From Candidatus Woesearchaeota archaeon (GTDB taxonomy: Archaea; Nanobdellota; Nanobdellia; Woesearchaeales; UBA10216), in the NCBI GenBank assembly GCA_016192945.1, contig JACPTE010000021.1:3989-67988 (forward strand): DNA of 64,000 nucleotides, written 5' to 3'. This document shows positions 8,495 to 16,974 of this stretch, piece by piece (positions within the stretch are counted from its first letter, which is position 1; every line of letters begins with the position of its first letter). A program made the translations under genes and the position numbers. The notes beneath the pieces are model-generated. The model saw nothing but the letters and a program-made list of their open reading frames with translations. It was not told where the DNA came from and ran no database searches.

Positions 8495-10770
8495 ACTATC
8501 GAAACAGAATCAAAAACAGCACCCCTCGGAAGATTAGCAGCAGAAAATACCATGATATCATTATCAGGGTCAGAACCACTCACAACAAAACTTAACAACA
8601 TACCCTCATCCACAACCCTATCACCAACAGGATTAAGAACCGGAGCACGATTAACATCACCAACAACAATGCTAATAGTCTCCGAATCAGACAACACACC
8701 ATCACTCACAGCAAAAGACACACTATAAGAACCAGACTGATCAAAACCAGGAGACCACGAAAAAGACCGCGTAGACCGGTCAAAAACAGCACCAACAGGC
8801 AAACCAGAAGCTGAAAAACTCAACACATCACCATCAACATCAGAACCACTCACAACAAACTCCAAACGCCCACCCTCAACCACAACCCTATCACCAACAG
8901 GGCTCAAAACAGGAGCATGATTAACTGGAGGGGATGATACTTGAACAGACAGAGCGTCGTTAGGGCCGCAATCAGCCCAACCAGAAGGCAAGCCAAAGGG
9001 ATTACCACTACACCTGTTTCCAAAAGAATCATAACCATTCACAACAACATAATATGTATCCGCATCCCGGGGAGTCCACGAAGCTGAAACACTCCCAGAA
9101 TTACCTGACAGGGCAGAGCTGCCAATATTGCACCATTCGCCAGTAACCCTCCCAGGACAACCATAAGGATAATTAACACCACTGGAAGTTGAAACCCAAA
9201 CCTCACCCTTATTAATGTTAAAGCCATTAACCTGAGCTGAATAATTTAATTGGCTGCCAACAACCCCTCTTGCAGGACCTGTGATAGAAGCTGTTGGGGC
9301 AGAACTTGCCACAGTAACAGCTACACGGTCGTTAGGGCCGCAATCAGCCCAGCCAGAAGGCAAACCAAAGGGATTACCACTACACTTCCTGCCGTCATTC
9401 TCATAAGCGTTTACAACAACATAATAAGAGCCAGGATTCTGCGGAGTCCACGAAGCTGAGAAGCTTCCGCTGCTGCCTGAAATAGGCACAGTAGCAATAT
9501 TACACCATTCGCCAGTAACCCTCCCAGGACAACCATAAGGATAATTAACACCACTGGAAGTTGAAACCCAAATCTCGCCGCTCTTCAATCCGCCAGACTG
9601 GCTTGAAGTGAACGAATAAGAATCCAGCGCCCCAAACCTGGGGTCTGACGGATTTGCTGATTCCCTCCCCAAATCAACAAAATTCCAGCCACTGCAGGAA
9701 GACCAGTCAACACCAAGATTGCCTGAAGCATCCATATTGCACTTGCGATACCAACTGCGCCTGCCATTAATATGAATCAAAGACTGGGCAAGATAAGACC
9801 TCCCATCACTGCCTGTAAATGTGTAAGATGACAAGCCGCCATACCTCGAATCAACAGGGTCAGCAGCCTCAGCAGAAACATCAACAAATCTCCAATCAGT
9901 GCAGGAGGGCCAGTCAACACCAATATTCTTAGTTGAATCCATAGCACAGGAGCGATACCAACCGCGCCTGCCATCAACATGAATCAAAGACTGGGCAAGA
10001 TAAGACCTCCCATCACTGCCTACATATTCATAAGCATCAAGGCTTGAGTATCGCGGGTCAGAGGGATTGGCAGACTCCCCAGCCAAGTCAACAAAATTCC
10101 AGCCAGAGCAGCTTCGCCAGTCAACGCCATTGTAACTTGACGTGCTCATGGCACACTTCCTATACCAGCTGCGCCTGCCATCAACATGAATAAGTGCCTG
10201 AATAAGGTAATTAGAGCTGCTTGCAACTGGAGCCCCGCTAACCTGGGCATTATAAGTAAGCGAATCACCAACCTTTCCGCTGCCAGGGCCGCTGACAGAA
10301 GCAACCAGAGGAACTGAAGGCGCTGGAGCAGGTGAAGGAGGAGGTGAAGGAGTGGGAGATGGAGCAGGAGGCGGGCTAGGGCCTGGAGATGGAGAAGGTG
10401 AAGGGCCGCACCATGCGCCGCAGGCAGAATCAAACTGCGTTCCAAGAACATCATAACTGCAATCAGCATTCTGACGAACATGCCTGCTCTCCAAACAGGA
10501 AAAACACTCATTATACTCTCTGGGAGTGCAAGACGGAGCTGGAGGGGAAGGGGCACACCCCGCGCTGCAGGCAGAATCAAACTGAGTGCCCAAAACATCA
10601 TAACTGCAATCAGCATTCTGACGAACATGCCTGCTCTCATGGCAGCTTCCAGTGCACTCATTATACTCACGGGGAGTGCACTCGTCTGCAGAAACAAAAG
10701 GAACTACAAAGAAGATTACCAAAACGGCTGCAATGAACGCCAACACCCAGGATTTATTTCCAATGTTCAT
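8479..10770 (-). CDS. Giant modular adhesin-like surface protein, N-terminal part (frame broken at ~8500)
   Basis: Start re-assigned to ATG 10770 (MNIGNKSWVLAFIAAVLVIFFVVPFVSA). Modules: 2 x Cys-rich (period 147 nt), a PS-rich linker, 3 x 69-aa HVDGRRSWYRxC repeats (period 207 nt), 2 x 124-aa repeats (period 372 nt), and cadherin/He_PIG-like Ig repeats (VSGSDVDGDVLSFSASGLP...). Confidence 0.7.
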   Translation of the reverse strand: MNIGNKSWVLAFIAAVLVIFFVVPFVSADECTPREYNECTGSCHESRHVRQNADCSYDVLGTQFDSACSAGCAPSPPAPSCTPREYNECFSCLESRHVRQNADCSYDVLGTQFDSACGAWCGPSPSPSPGPSPPPAPSPTPSPPPSPAPAPSVPLVASVSGPGSGKVGDSLTYNAQVSGAPVASSSNYLIQALIHVDGRRSWYRKCAMSTSSYNGVDWRSCSGWNFVDLAGESANPSDPRYSSLDAYEYVGSDGRSYLAQSLIHVDGRRGWYRSCAMDSTKNIGVDWPSCTDWRFVDVSAEAADPVDSRYGGLSSYTFTGSDGRSYLAQSLIHINGRRSWYRKCNMDASGNLGVDWSSCSGWNFVDLGRESANPSDPRFGALDSYSFTSSQSGGLKSGEIWVSTSSGVNYPYGCPGRVTGEWCNIATVPISGSSGSFSASWTPQNPGSYYVVVNAYENDGRKCSGNPFGLPSGWADCGPNDRVAVTVASSAPTASITGPARGVVGSQLNYSAQVNGFNINKGEVWVSTSSGVNYPYGCPGRVTGEWCNIGSSALSGNSGSVSASWTPRDADTYYVVVNGYDSFGNRCSGNPFGLPSGWADCGPNDALSVQVSSPPVNHAPVLSPVGDRVVVEGGRLEFVVSGSDVDGDVLSFSASGLPVGAVFDRSTRSFSWSPGFDQSGSYSVSFAVSDGVLSDSETISIVVGDVNRAPVLNPVGDRVVDEGMLLSFVVSGSDPDNDIMVFSAANLPRGAVFDSVSIVCLLL

Positions 10771-10804
10771 TTTATCCCCTGACAAATCCAAAGCTCTTAA
10801 ACTT

Positions 10805-12640
10805 TTAACGAAGAGGCATGAGCTTGTAATCGCCGTAACCCAGTCTCTGAGCCAAGCCAACAAAGGCAGGCTTTGCAAGCGGGACATTAACCTTTCCCAG
10901 CCTGCCTGCGTCGTCAGTCACAACAGCAGTGACCATGTAAACAACCTTATCCCCTATCTTAAGCGGATAAAGCACCAAGCCAGTCCTCCCATCACCCAAC
11001 AATTCGCCGTTGACGAGCCTGCCATCCAATGAATCCCTCAAAGACCTTGCAGACTGGGAGCTCCCTTCAATTGAAGATCCAGCAGGATAAATCTGCATGA
11101 GCGCTTCTCTTGAAGAAGCCTCTACAACAGGCAGCAGGTAATCAATAGACACCCTTCTCGCATCCGGGGAGAAATTCTGATATGGCGAAAAAGGGAGCCT
11201 GTTGGCATCAGCTGTCCATCCCCCGCCATGATTGACTGTGAAAACTGGAGCAATGCCCTGCACAGCAGGCGTTGGGACTGCTGTTGATGTAGAAGGTGGT
11301 GTAGGAGTGACATAAGCAGTTGCGGTGGCAGCTGGAGTCTGAGGCTGTGGAGTATAAGTAGATGTTGCAGTAAATGTAATAGTAGCTGAAGGAGTGTAAG
11401 TTGCAATAACAGTAACAGCAGAAGGCGTTACTGTTGAAACCGGAGTGTACGTGGAGGCAGCAGGAATTGTCTGTGATGCTGGAGGAGACTGGGCAGGAGA
11501 TGGCTTAGGGCCTGGAATAGCAGTGCTTGTTGCAGTTGATGTTGGGGGAACCCTGCTTGGAGTGGCAGTTCCTGTGGCTGTTGAATAAGCAGTTGCAGTA
11601 GATGTAGCAGTTGAAGTCCTTGTTGAAGTGCCAGTTATAACAGGAGGGGCAACAGGAGGGGCTGCAGCAGGGATTACAGCAGACGCTGATGGCGCAGGAG
11701 TAAATGTGATTACAGGCGTATTAGTGGGAGTGGGTGTTTCAGTAAGGGTTGGAGTAGGAGTTGATGTTGGAGTGTCGCCCCCAAGAGCAGGTGGAAGGGA
11801 TGGCCTTGCAGTGCAGTAATCCAGAGCCAAAACTGTTATTGCAACTGCTGCAAACCCAGCAGCCCCGGCAAACATAGCCTTCCTTGATGGAAACTGGATT
11901 TGCCCTTGAGGAGCCAGGTAATCAATAATTTTCCTGTAATCAGCCACAAACATCTTCCGCCATGTCTCTGCAATCCTGCTGGAATCGTTATCAGGCAAAA
12001 ACATTATCTTTTCAAGGGCAGACATATTTGTAACAGCATAATTCCTGAAAACAATCTGGCTTTCAGTGACATCCTGCAAAACCAATCCGCCTGAAAGCCC
12101 AACCCGCCTCAAGGCAGAGCCAAAAAAAGACGTATTCACTGCAACAGGCCCTGACCTGTCCAAACCAGCGAGAAATCCAAGCTCGTTCATCTGCATAAGA
12201 TACCTTCTGAAGTATCTTGAATTCAAAAGATTCTCTAACTCACCCCTTGAAACTTCATGAGGATGCCCAGAATTCAACTGGTCTGCAAAGTTCTGCCAGA
12301 ATTCGTGAATTGACTCAATCCTGTTTCTGCTCGGAAGCACATCCATCAAATCAGGATTGCTTACGACACCGTCCAGGGTAGTGTAGTTAAGTATGTCAAG
12401 GGAATAATCATCAGGAACCAACGTTAAATGGGCGTTTCCCCATTTAGCAGCTGTTATAGCGATGTTCTGGACCACATATTCCTGTCCTGCCACCACCAAC
12501 CTGGGGAGATTATCATCTGATTCAGGAATAATTGCCCAATCAGCCCTGTTTCCATCAGCCCTGTAAGGAGCCAGGTGCTTAAGCCAATCACTTAATGCAA
12601 CCTTCTGAGAATTATCCATAACAGCTTGTGCAGCAGGCAT
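10805..12640 (-). CDS. Bitopic ORFan: cytoplasmic N-domain, one TM, ~180-aa Thr/Pro/Ser/Ala linker, extracellular C-domain
   Basis: 611-aa ORF. TM segment AMFAGAAGFAAVAITVLAL. Low-complexity TPTSTPTPTLTETPTPTNTP...STATSTA... encoded around 11260-11790. No family recognised. Confidence 0.6.
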   Translation of the reverse strand: MPAAQAVMDNSQKVALSDWLKHLAPYRADGNRADWAIIPESDDNLPRLVVAGQEYVVQNIAITAAKWGNAHLTLVPDDYSLDILNYTTLDGVVSNPDLMDVLPSRNRIESIHEFWQNFADQLNSGHPHEVSRGELENLLNSRYFRRYLMQMNELGFLAGLDRSGPVAVNTSFFGSALRRVGLSGGLVLQDVTESQIVFRNYAVTNMSALEKIMFLPDNDSSRIAETWRKMFVADYRKIIDYLAPQGQIQFPSRKAMFAGAAGFAAVAITVLALDYCTARPSLPPALGGDTPTSTPTPTLTETPTPTNTPVITFTPAPSASAVIPAAAPPVAPPVITGTSTRTSTATSTATAYSTATGTATPSRVPPTSTATSTAIPGPKPSPAQSPPASQTIPAASTYTPVSTVTPSAVTVIATYTPSATITFTATSTYTPQPQTPAATATAYVTPTPPSTSTAVPTPAVQGIAPVFTVNHGGGWTADANRLPFSPYQNFSPDARRVSIDYLLPVVEASSREALMQIYPAGSSIEGSSQSARSLRDSLDGRLVNGELLGDGRTGLVLYPLKIGDKVVYMVTAVVTDDAGRLGKVNVPLAKPAFVGLAQRLGYGDYKLMPLR

Positions 12641-12772
12641 GGCTCCAGAAAAACAATCGGATTATTTAAAGTTTATTATTTTTACCATTTAAAAGTAGAT
12701 TCTGAATGACCCTATTAAGTTGAAGTACTTAAGCTGGGATATATGAAAGGGCGTTTTTCCAGCAGAGGTTCA

Positions 12773-13978
12773 TTAAAACCTGAATGGCATGCCTGGCGGA
12801 ATATCGCCCCTATATCCTATTTGAGAGTGCCTTTTTGCACCAATTTTCAGGAACCCTGGCAGCCTTTCCTGATGATAACGCCTGAAATAGGCAGCAGTGC
12901 AGGCCGGAAATGCAGAAATAACAGGAACCAGCTTGTCAGCCGCAGTCAAGCCAGCCATAACATGGTCCTTATAGGCACTTTCTATGAATGCAACAGCACC
13001 AGCGCCTAAAACAACAGTTGCAATGTAACCTGCTGGAGGAACAACCAGCTGCAGTGCAGTCGCCCCAGCAACCAATGCATCTATCGCAATTCCGCCAGCC
13101 AGCTTTGCTTTCCTTGACACTTCCCTTTCCAAATCAATCTCCCTGGCAGTCCTGATTCTCTTCCTCGGGTTTCCATTAGAAATATTCATTACGCCAAGCG
13201 AAGGAACAGCCAAGCCGATGTGCGGGAGATGCAGCAGGCTCTGCTGAGCAGCATGTTTTTCAAGCCCTGCATACAAAGGCCTGGCAACACCAACCTGGTG
13301 CCTCAACAGCTTATCAAGATATATGTTGCCAAATGAAGCCCCCTCCAATTCCATAATGCTCACATAACCCTTTCCATTTATTAAGTATTCTGTTCCCCTT
13401 CTTGATTTCCTGTGAGAAACATTCAGAGGGAACATGTCTGGGCTGCTTAAGCCTTCATTCTTGGCAATGGACAGGAATTTTTCAAGCGTGAATGAGTTAA
13501 CACATCTCAAAACAGAATCAACAGGATAAGGGGTTTCCATAGAATCAGACTCCCCTGAATTGGCAGGATTCAACATGCAAATAACCTGCTTAACTGAAAA
13601 ATAAAATAAATCAATCCTGGAGAATAATCCGTGTTTTTCAAGCCCTGAGAGAAGCTCAACGCCATCCCCCGGAACCTCCCTGGTTTCGCCTGTAAAGCTG
13701 TCAGACTCCCTGTTAAACCTTGCTTTTGCGAATTTTACCCTGGCAGAATAAAAACTTGAGTTGTCAACTTCCATAACAGCCCATCTTTCATTCCCAATTA
13801 CAGACACCTCACCAACAGTAACAGGGCAGGCATCAAGATGATAAAATGGGCTGTATGTCAGGCATTCAAATGTAAAAGCCCTGTCCAGTAGCGACTCCAA
13901 ATCCCTCCTTTTTATTTCAGGACGTGCCATTGCAAGAGGGAATCTGGAATCATATTTAAAATTTATCCAAGCAACCAC
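12773..13978 (-). CDS. ORFan with Gly/Ala-rich hydrophobic C-terminal region
   Basis: 401-aa ORF (GTG 13978; alternative ATG 13930). C-terminal GGIAIDALVAGATALQLVVPPAGYIATVVLGAGAVAFIESAY looks like membrane hairpins. No family recognised. Confidence 0.5.
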   Translation of the reverse strand: MVAWINFKYDSRFPLAMARPEIKRRDLESLLDRAFTFECLTYSPFYHLDACPVTVGEVSVIGNERWAVMEVDNSSFYSARVKFAKARFNRESDSFTGETREVPGDGVELLSGLEKHGLFSRIDLFYFSVKQVICMLNPANSGESDSMETPYPVDSVLRCVNSFTLEKFLSIAKNEGLSSPDMFPLNVSHRKSRRGTEYLINGKGYVSIMELEGASFGNIYLDKLLRHQVGVARPLYAGLEKHAAQQSLLHLPHIGLAVPSLGVMNISNGNPRKRIRTAREIDLEREVSRKAKLAGGIAIDALVAGATALQLVVPPAGYIATVVLGAGAVAFIESAYKDHVMAGLTAADKLVPVISAFPACTAAYFRRYHQERLPGFLKIGAKRHSQIGYRGDIPPGMPFRF

Positions 13979-14016
13979 TAATCAGTCAGAATATTATTCC
14001 TGACCCATCAACAAAA

Positions 14017-14025
14017 CTTTTAAAC
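14017..14025 (+). promoter_or_regulatory. TATA-like box for the 14046 gene
   Basis: CTTTTAAAC centred ~25 nt upstream of ATG 14046. Confidence 0.35.
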
Positions 14026-14045
14026 TCCTGAAGAATACTTAAACT

Positions 14046-15115
14046 ATGATAACAATAATAGGCGCAGGGGCTGCAGGAAACTATGCAGCATACCTGCTGG
14101 CGGAGAAGGGCTTTGAAGTGCAGGTGTTTGAGGCAAACAGCACAATCGGAACGCCAATTGCGTGCACCGGAATACTGACATCCTACTTTGACACCCTTGT
14201 TGAGCCGAAAAAGGAATTCATAGCCAACGAGATATCTTCATCAAGGATATACTCTCCAAACGGGGAGTTTGCCCAGATAAACTTCAGGCATCCCAACAGG
14301 ATTCTTCACAGGAACCTGCTGGACCAGCACGTGGCAAAAATGGCAGCCAATGAAGGCGCAGAATACCACCTTGAGCAGAAAAGCTAAAGATAAAAAACCT
14401 GAAAACAGAAGAGGAGTTTGAAACAGAAACCAAACTGCTGATAGGCGCAGACGGGCCTGCAAGCAGGGTTGCAAAGAACAACGGGCTTTACGGGAAAAGG
14501 ACACTTTACTCCGGGCTGCAGGCAACTGCAAAAATGGAGAATGACAACATAATAGACTTCTACCCGAGCGAGAAGGGCATAGCATGGGTAGTGCCAGAAT
14601 CAAAAGACAAGGTAAGGATAGGGATAGCAGGGCTGAAGGAGCCGCACACATACTTTGACAGATTCTGCACAACGATACTTGGAAACGATTACAAGGAAAA
14701 GCTTATTGCAAAGCAGGCAGGCCCCATACCATTATACAACCCCCACATAAAGACACAAATAAAAAATACATATATAATAGGAGATGCCGCAACAATGGTG
14801 AAAGCAACAACCCTCGGCGGGATAATGCAGAGCCACATCGCAGCGCAATGCCTCAGCACATCAATAACAGAAAGAAAAAATTATGAGCGGGCATGGAGAA
14901 AAAGGCTTGGAAAAGACCTGTGGATGCACTTAATGATGAGAAAGGCAATGGACAAGTTCAAGGCAGATGACTACAACAGGCTCATCAGGATGTTCAAAAA
15001 GGAGAAGAACAGGCGGATTCTTGAGGAGCATGACCGCGATTTCCCCACAAGGTTTGCAATGAAGCTGCTTTTCAATGAGCCAGGGCTGATGTATTTCTCC
15101 AAATTCCTTGTATAA
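14046..15115 (+). pseudogene. Geranylgeranyl-reductase-family flavoprotein split by a 1-nt frameshift
   Basis: Rossmann motif IIGAGAAGNYAAYLLAEKG at the N-terminus; ...KLLIGADGPASRVAKNNG... in the second half. The first frame stops at 14385-14387. The second frame is open from 14375 (the track lists only 14534..15115). Confidence 0.65.
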
Positions 15116-15138
15116 TATCCTCGCATAATGGGCTGTAA

Positions 15139-15951
15139 ATGAACATGAACTCAACAATGAAGCTCAACAACGGCGTTGAGATGCCGATTATAGGACTAGG
15201 CACATGGAAGATGCCTGATGGAAAGACAGCAGAGCAGGCAGTGCTTTGGGCGCTTGAGGCAGGATACAGGCACATTGACACTGCAGCGATTTACGGGAAC
15301 GAGGCCAGCGTTGGCCGTGCAATAAAGAAAAGCGGCATTCCAAGAAACGAGCTTTTTATCACAACAAAGCTATGGAATGAGAACCATGACGACCCGGAAA
15401 GGGCTTTTAATGACAGCCTTGGCAGGCTGGGCCTGGATTATGTTGACCTTTACCTCATCCATTTCCCGGTCCCTGAAAGGAATGAGTCCTGGAGGGTTCT
15501 GGAAAAGCTGCATATCCAAAAAAGATGCAGGGCAATTGGAGTCAGCAATTTCACAATAAGGCATCTTGAGCAGCTGCTGAAGACTGCGAAGGTTGCCCCT
15601 GCTGCCAACCAGGTGGAATTTCATCCGTATCTTTACCAGAAGGAACTGCTTGATTACTGCAAAGAGAAGGGAATTGCAGTGGAGGCGTATAGCCCCCTGA
15701 CTCACAAGGTTAAGCTTAACGACAAAAAGCTGGCCGGAGTAGCAGCCAGCTATGGCAAGTCCCCAGCCCAGATTCTCATAAGGTGGTGTGTTCAGAGGGG
15801 CATGGCGGTTTTGCCAAAATCAGTGCATAAGGAGCGCATTTCTGAGAATGCTGATGTTTTTGATTTTGAGATATCAGAAAAAGACATGGGGCTTCTTGAT
15901 GGCTTTAATGAGGGCTTGAGGACCTGTTGGGACCCTACTGATGCTCCCTGA
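15139..15951 (+). CDS. Aldo/keto reductase (2,5-diketo-D-gluconate reductase-like)
   Basis: MKLNNGVEMPIIGLGTWK, HIDTAAIYGNE, TTKLW and LIHFP give the AKR catalytic D/Y/K/H context. Confidence 0.85.
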   Translation: MNMNSTMKLNNGVEMPIIGLGTWKMPDGKTAEQAVLWALEAGYRHIDTAAIYGNEASVGRAIKKSGIPRNELFITTKLWNENHDDPERAFNDSLGRLGLDYVDLYLIHFPVPERNESWRVLEKLHIQKRCRAIGVSNFTIRHLEQLLKTAKVAPAANQVEFHPYLYQKELLDYCKEKGIAVEAYSPLTHKVKLNDKKLAGVAASYGKSPAQILIRWCVQRGMAVLPKSVHKERISENADVFDFEISEKDMGLLDGFNEGLRTCWDPTDAP

Positions 15952-16293
15952 TTACTTTCTCTTCTTTCCAGCCTCATCAATCGCTATCTTCCTTACAATG
16001 TCCTCAATCTTTTTCTGGTTCCTCATTGAGACCCTGTAAGTGTAGAACGACACAGCTATCAGGAACATGAAACCTGTTATGATGAGAAGGTCAAGCTTCC
16101 TTCCTATGTTAAGCGAGCTTACCACCGGGTTAAGTATTTCAGGGAATATTGACAGGAACATGAACACAGCAGACATTGCCGTCCAGAAAATCCACTCGTT
16201 TATTGTGAATTCCCTCCTTTTAAGGTTCAGGAATGAAAAGTAAATCAGCATGAACCCGAACAAGGCGCCAAATATCTGCAATACTTCAACCAT
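15952..16293 (-). CDS. DUF2304-like small membrane protein
   Basis: 113 aa, 3-4 TM helices plus a charged C-terminal helix, immediately downstream of a GT2 gene. This is the usual DUF2304 context. Confidence 0.5.
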   Translation of the reverse strand: MVEVLQIFGALFGFMLIYFSFLNLKRREFTINEWIFWTAMSAVFMFLSIFPEILNPVVSSLNIGRKLDLLIITGFMFLIAVSFYTYRVSMRNQKKIEDIVRKIAIDEAGKKRK

Positions 16294-16296
16294 TCT

Positions 16297-16974
16297 TTAC
16301 CTCGTGAATTTCCACCAGACCATTTTCATAACTATGGCAAGGCCATCAAGGGGTGTGGTGCCCTTGTACTTGTCCACGTAAATCGTCTCAACAGGAATCT
16401 GCCTGAACCTGAGCCTGTGCTTGCCCACGAGGGCTATCATCTCTGACTCCACACTGTAGTCATGGGCTGTCCACCTTATATCCTGGTATGCCTGCCTTGT
16501 GAAAGCCCTGTAACCGCATTGCGTGTCCCTGATGCTTATCCTGAAAAGCAGCTTGATTGCAGTTCCAAGCATCCAGTTGCCTACTTTCATAACCAGAGGC
16601 ATGCGGCTGTTCAGTTCCCTGTAACCGAAGACTATATCCGCACCATCCAATGCCCTTATGAAGCTGGGGATTTCATCAGGCTCGTGCTGGGCATCAGAAT
16701 CAAGCACGATTATCGCGTCAGCTCCCCTGCTTATTGCGTAATCGCAGCCTGTTTTCAATGCAGCCCCCTTGCCTATGTTTATGATATGCCTGAGAACAGC
16801 AACACCAGTCTTCATTGCCAGCGAATAAGTCCTGTCCCTGCTCCCGTCATCAACAACTATTATCCTTTCACAACTTATGTGGCTCAGGGCTTTTTCTATC
16901 ACGCCGGATATGTGCCTTTCCTCATTGTATGCCGGTATTACAGCAAAAATCCTCATTTTTCCCTGATTGCTCAT
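16297..16974 (-). CDS. GT2 glycosyltransferase (polyprenyl-phosphate sugar synthase-like)
   Basis: IFAVIPAYNEE...IIVVDDGSRDRT...IVLDSDAQH. Its ATG overlaps the aglB stop (ATGA at 16971-16974). Confidence 0.8.
   Translation of the reverse strand: MSNQGKMRIFAVIPAYNEERHISGVIEKALSHISCERIIVVDDGSRDRTYSLAMKTGVAVLRHIINIGKGAALKTGCDYAISRGADAIIVLDSDAQHEPDEIPSFIRALDGADIVFGYRELNSRMPLVMKVGNWMLGTAIKLLFRISIRDTQCGYRAFTRQAYQDIRWTAHDYSVESEMIALVGKHRLRFRQIPVETIYVDKYKGTTPLDGLAIVMKMVWWKFTR

Noticed and set aside
8950-9600. Diversity-generating retroelement (template/variable repeat pair) explaining the near-identical adhesin repeats
   Set aside because: Mismatches between copies are clustered and involve all bases, not adenine-specific substitutions. 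No reverse transcriptase gene is visible in the window.
10146-10697. 183-aa minus-strand ORF, plus plus-strand ORFs 10389..10736 and 10480..10782, inside the adhesin gene
   Set aside because: These are out-of-frame or antisense shadows of the Cys-rich repeat region. Their periodic sequence simply mirrors the 147-nt repeat.
14375-14384. Programmed -1 ribosomal frameshift in the reductase-like gene
   Set aside because: G-AAA-AGC is not a canonical X-XXY-YYZ slippery heptamer, and no obvious downstream pseudoknot was seen. An indel (real or technical) is the simpler explanation.
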